Source: an uncultured delta proteobacterium (GTDB lineage Bacteria > Desulfobacterota > Binatia > UBA9968). From it: a DNA stretch of 64,000 nt. The DNA is taken from NCBI GenBank assembly GCA_963755715.1, contig CAVWLW010000013.1, positions 28,327 to 92,326 of the forward strand, written 5' to 3'. The notes beneath the pieces are model-generated. The model made no database searches. It was not told the DNA's origin and saw nothing but the letters and a program-made list of their open reading frames with translations. Of this stretch, positions 61,623-64,000 are shown piece by piece. A program made the translations under genes and the position numbers. Position 1 is the first letter of the stretch. Every line of letters begins with the position of its first letter.

Positions 61623-62727
61623 ATGTACATCGACGGCGACACGCATTATTGGCCGGTGCGCTTTCTGAGCGCGTGAAGCATCCCGGGCGCGGATACATCG
61701 AGTTTCAAAAAGGCGCCGGAGAGATGATTCGGTACGGCGAGAAATTTCCCGGCGACGCGGCGACTTACTATCGCGACGGTAAAAAGATTCACTCATTCAG
61801 CGAGACGCGCTGGAATCTCGACATGCATCATGAGGTCATGGAGCGGGAAGGCTTCGACTATCAAGTCGTCATCGCCGACAACCGGCCGCTCATCTATGAA
61901 GTTGATCATGACCTCGGCGTCGAGATGGCGCGCGCCTACAACGACACCGTGGCAGAAGATATCGCCGGTAAAGATCGGTTTATCGGCATCGCCTGGGTTT
62001 ATCTTCCCGACGTCGATGAAGCGATTCGCGAGCTCCGGCGCGCGGTCAAAGATCTAGGTTTCAAAGGCGTCAAGCTCATGGGCGGTCACGAGAACTGCGA
62101 TCTCGACGCCGAAGTGTTGTGGCCGTTTTACGAGGAAGTTTGCAAGCTCGACGTGCCGATTCTCGTGCATCCGGGCACGCGCGTCTTCGAGGCGCAGGAT
62201 TGTCACCCATGGCTAGTCGGCAGCGAGCGCTACGACGGTTTCAAGATGCTCGCCACCGCGTTGGGCTTTCCGCTAACCTATATGGTCAGCGCGGCGAGAC
62301 TAATCATGAGCGGAGTCTTCGACCGCTTCCCGTCGTTGCGCGTCGCCGTGTTCGAAGAGGCGTTGGCTGAGTGCCATGGCTGATGCGAATTCTCGATCAT
62401 CACACGCTCGGCGGATCGCCGGGCCGAACGTCGGTCAACGATTTCCGCAAGCGCGACCGGCTGAAGAAGGCGCCGAGCGCTTATCAAGCGGGGTGCGTGG
62501 CCGATATCGCCTGGGAGGATAGATGCCGCACATCGTCGGATGTACGCCGGACCGGGACCATCATCGGCAGTGAACTCGACCACGGCGACGCGGTCTCGAC
62601 CTGGCCGAATACCGTCGCGCCGATCAAGGCGATGACGGGGATTTCAGAGGCGGCAAGGAAGAAGATCTCGGCGGCAACGCGATGCGGCTGTTTCGATGAG
62701 GGGCAGAGGCTAAATGCCGGGGCGTGA
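61623..62727 (+). CDS. Amidohydrolase_2 family protein with several frameshifts or errors
   Basis: MYIDGDTHYWP after a GGAGG RBS; ARAYND, ILVHPG and IIGSELDHGD. 3' end approximate. Confidence 0.78.
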
Positions 62728-62759
62728 GCGGATACGCGCGACGGAAGAGCGACATCAGG

Positions 62760-63752
62760 TGACGGATGACGGAGCCGTCCGTTTTTTTCGCACGGCTCGG
62801 GAACCAGCCGGGTTTTATTTGTTGTCGGTTGCGCCCGATTCTTGCTGTCTCCTCTTGGCATATGAAACCTGGAGGCCGCCCATATTTCAAACGAATTTCG
62901 AGCAGGCCCTCTCTTGAACCCACAACATTGATTTTATCTCCCTTGTCGATCTCCGGGACAAGTGCGGAGTCCTGCACTAAGTCCACTGAAAACCTGGGTT
63001 GCACGGATGGTTTGAAATGTGCCTTGGACACGCGGTGCGGCCAGCGTAGACGATTTTGAGACGGGTCTTGCTTCCTGCTCTTCATCGGTTGCTTTCGCGC
63101 CGGATGTCGCGTACCTTCTCGGCCACCGGACCTTCGGTTCTCAGGATTTTCATGGCAACCGTCGCGGCTACGATGAGAACGATGACGCCGGCAACGTGCG
63201 CGCCCCAGGTACCGGTTTCTTGAACGAACAAGGCCCAGAGTATTTCAGTCGGGTTCTTTTTAACTACGTTAGTTTTCGCTATCGGTTCGGTTGCAGGAAA
63301 GGGATTGTGGTTCGCTTCGCCTGATCCCGTCAAATCCGACACGATGAGGCGGGATCGTGTTTATTTCGCGTTGCGGAACCATCGCTGCGACACTTGCATT
63401 CTCGACCGGCGACGGAATCTCTTCCGGGTTCACTGTGGAAAATGAGCTTCTCCTGCATTTCACGATTGCTATCGATAACTCGGCGCATGTTCGGCTTGCA
63501 ACGCCTCGAGCTGCTCAGAGCATTCTGTCTTTGATTTTCCTCGCTTGCAACAAAACGCCCTTTCCAGTCCGCAATCTCCTCTCTGAGTCCGCGATTTTCA
63601 TTGGCCAATTCGCTGGCAGATGCTCTCGGCTTGTCGAAGACGTTCTCCTGAGTCTCCTCAAGCACGTTAACCTGACTTTTCTCCTGTGACAGTTCGCGCT
63701 CCAATTCGCGAACCAGCCCTTTCAACTTCTGTTGTTCGTTTTGATGTTTCAT
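62760..63752 (-). pseudogene. Fragmented gene for a coiled-coil, single-TM, SH3b-like protein
   Basis: Consecutive minus-strand pieces: coiled coil (63330..63752), TM segment (63082..63342), and GDKINVVGSREGLLEIRLKYGRPPGFI. Confidence 0.5.
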
Positions 63753-64000
63753 TGGAAATAATCCACGGCCACTGCCTGGGTTGTTGGCAAATCTGTATGC
63801 CGAAGAATTTCAGCGACAAAATAAGGAGCCAGGTATTATCGACGGAAACTGCCGCACGCACTTGGTTTCAAGAACGGCTGAACCAGAATCCAAGCCAACA
63901 TGAATGTGACCTCGGGCATCGTCAAAAACAGGTTCAAGCAGGCGCGGTGACTGCGAGAGAGTCCTACGATTACGGCCGGAAAGAGGAATGGAAACGACTG

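Noticed and set aside
1-64000. About 15 frameshifted genes as mass pseudogenisation or programmed frameshifting
   Set aside because: They are single-base indels in otherwise intact genes of unrelated function, which is most simply explained by long-read consensus error.

Overview
GC-rich bacterial chromosomal segment. Its gene content (many amidohydrolase_2 proteins, orphan NitT/TauT-type binding proteins, MFS paralogues, Rieske oxygenase, maleate-isomerase-like proteins) suggests Candidatus Binatia/Binatota; this is inference only. About 60 coding regions were found, mostly for catabolism and transport. They also include archaeal-type topoisomerase VI (top6BA), gor, rlmD, an ECF sigma/anti-sigma pair and a hicBA module. 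About 15 genes are broken by 1-nt indels, which most likely reflects unpolished long-read assembly. No rRNA, tRNA, CRISPR array or transposase was recognised. The best novelty candidate is a roughly 400-nt, heavily base-paired, stand-alone transcription unit at about 20090-20495. It has an UP-like element, a TTGACA promoter and an intrinsic terminator, and matches no RNA family I recognise. Other leads are a clamp-binding-like QMTLGF motif in the Topo VIB tail, an MFS paralogue split by an in-frame TAG between its two halves, a sigma54/IHF-type promoter before a CADD-like diiron enzyme, seven binding proteins with no permease or ATPase, and a Rossmann-fragment/SBP chimera.
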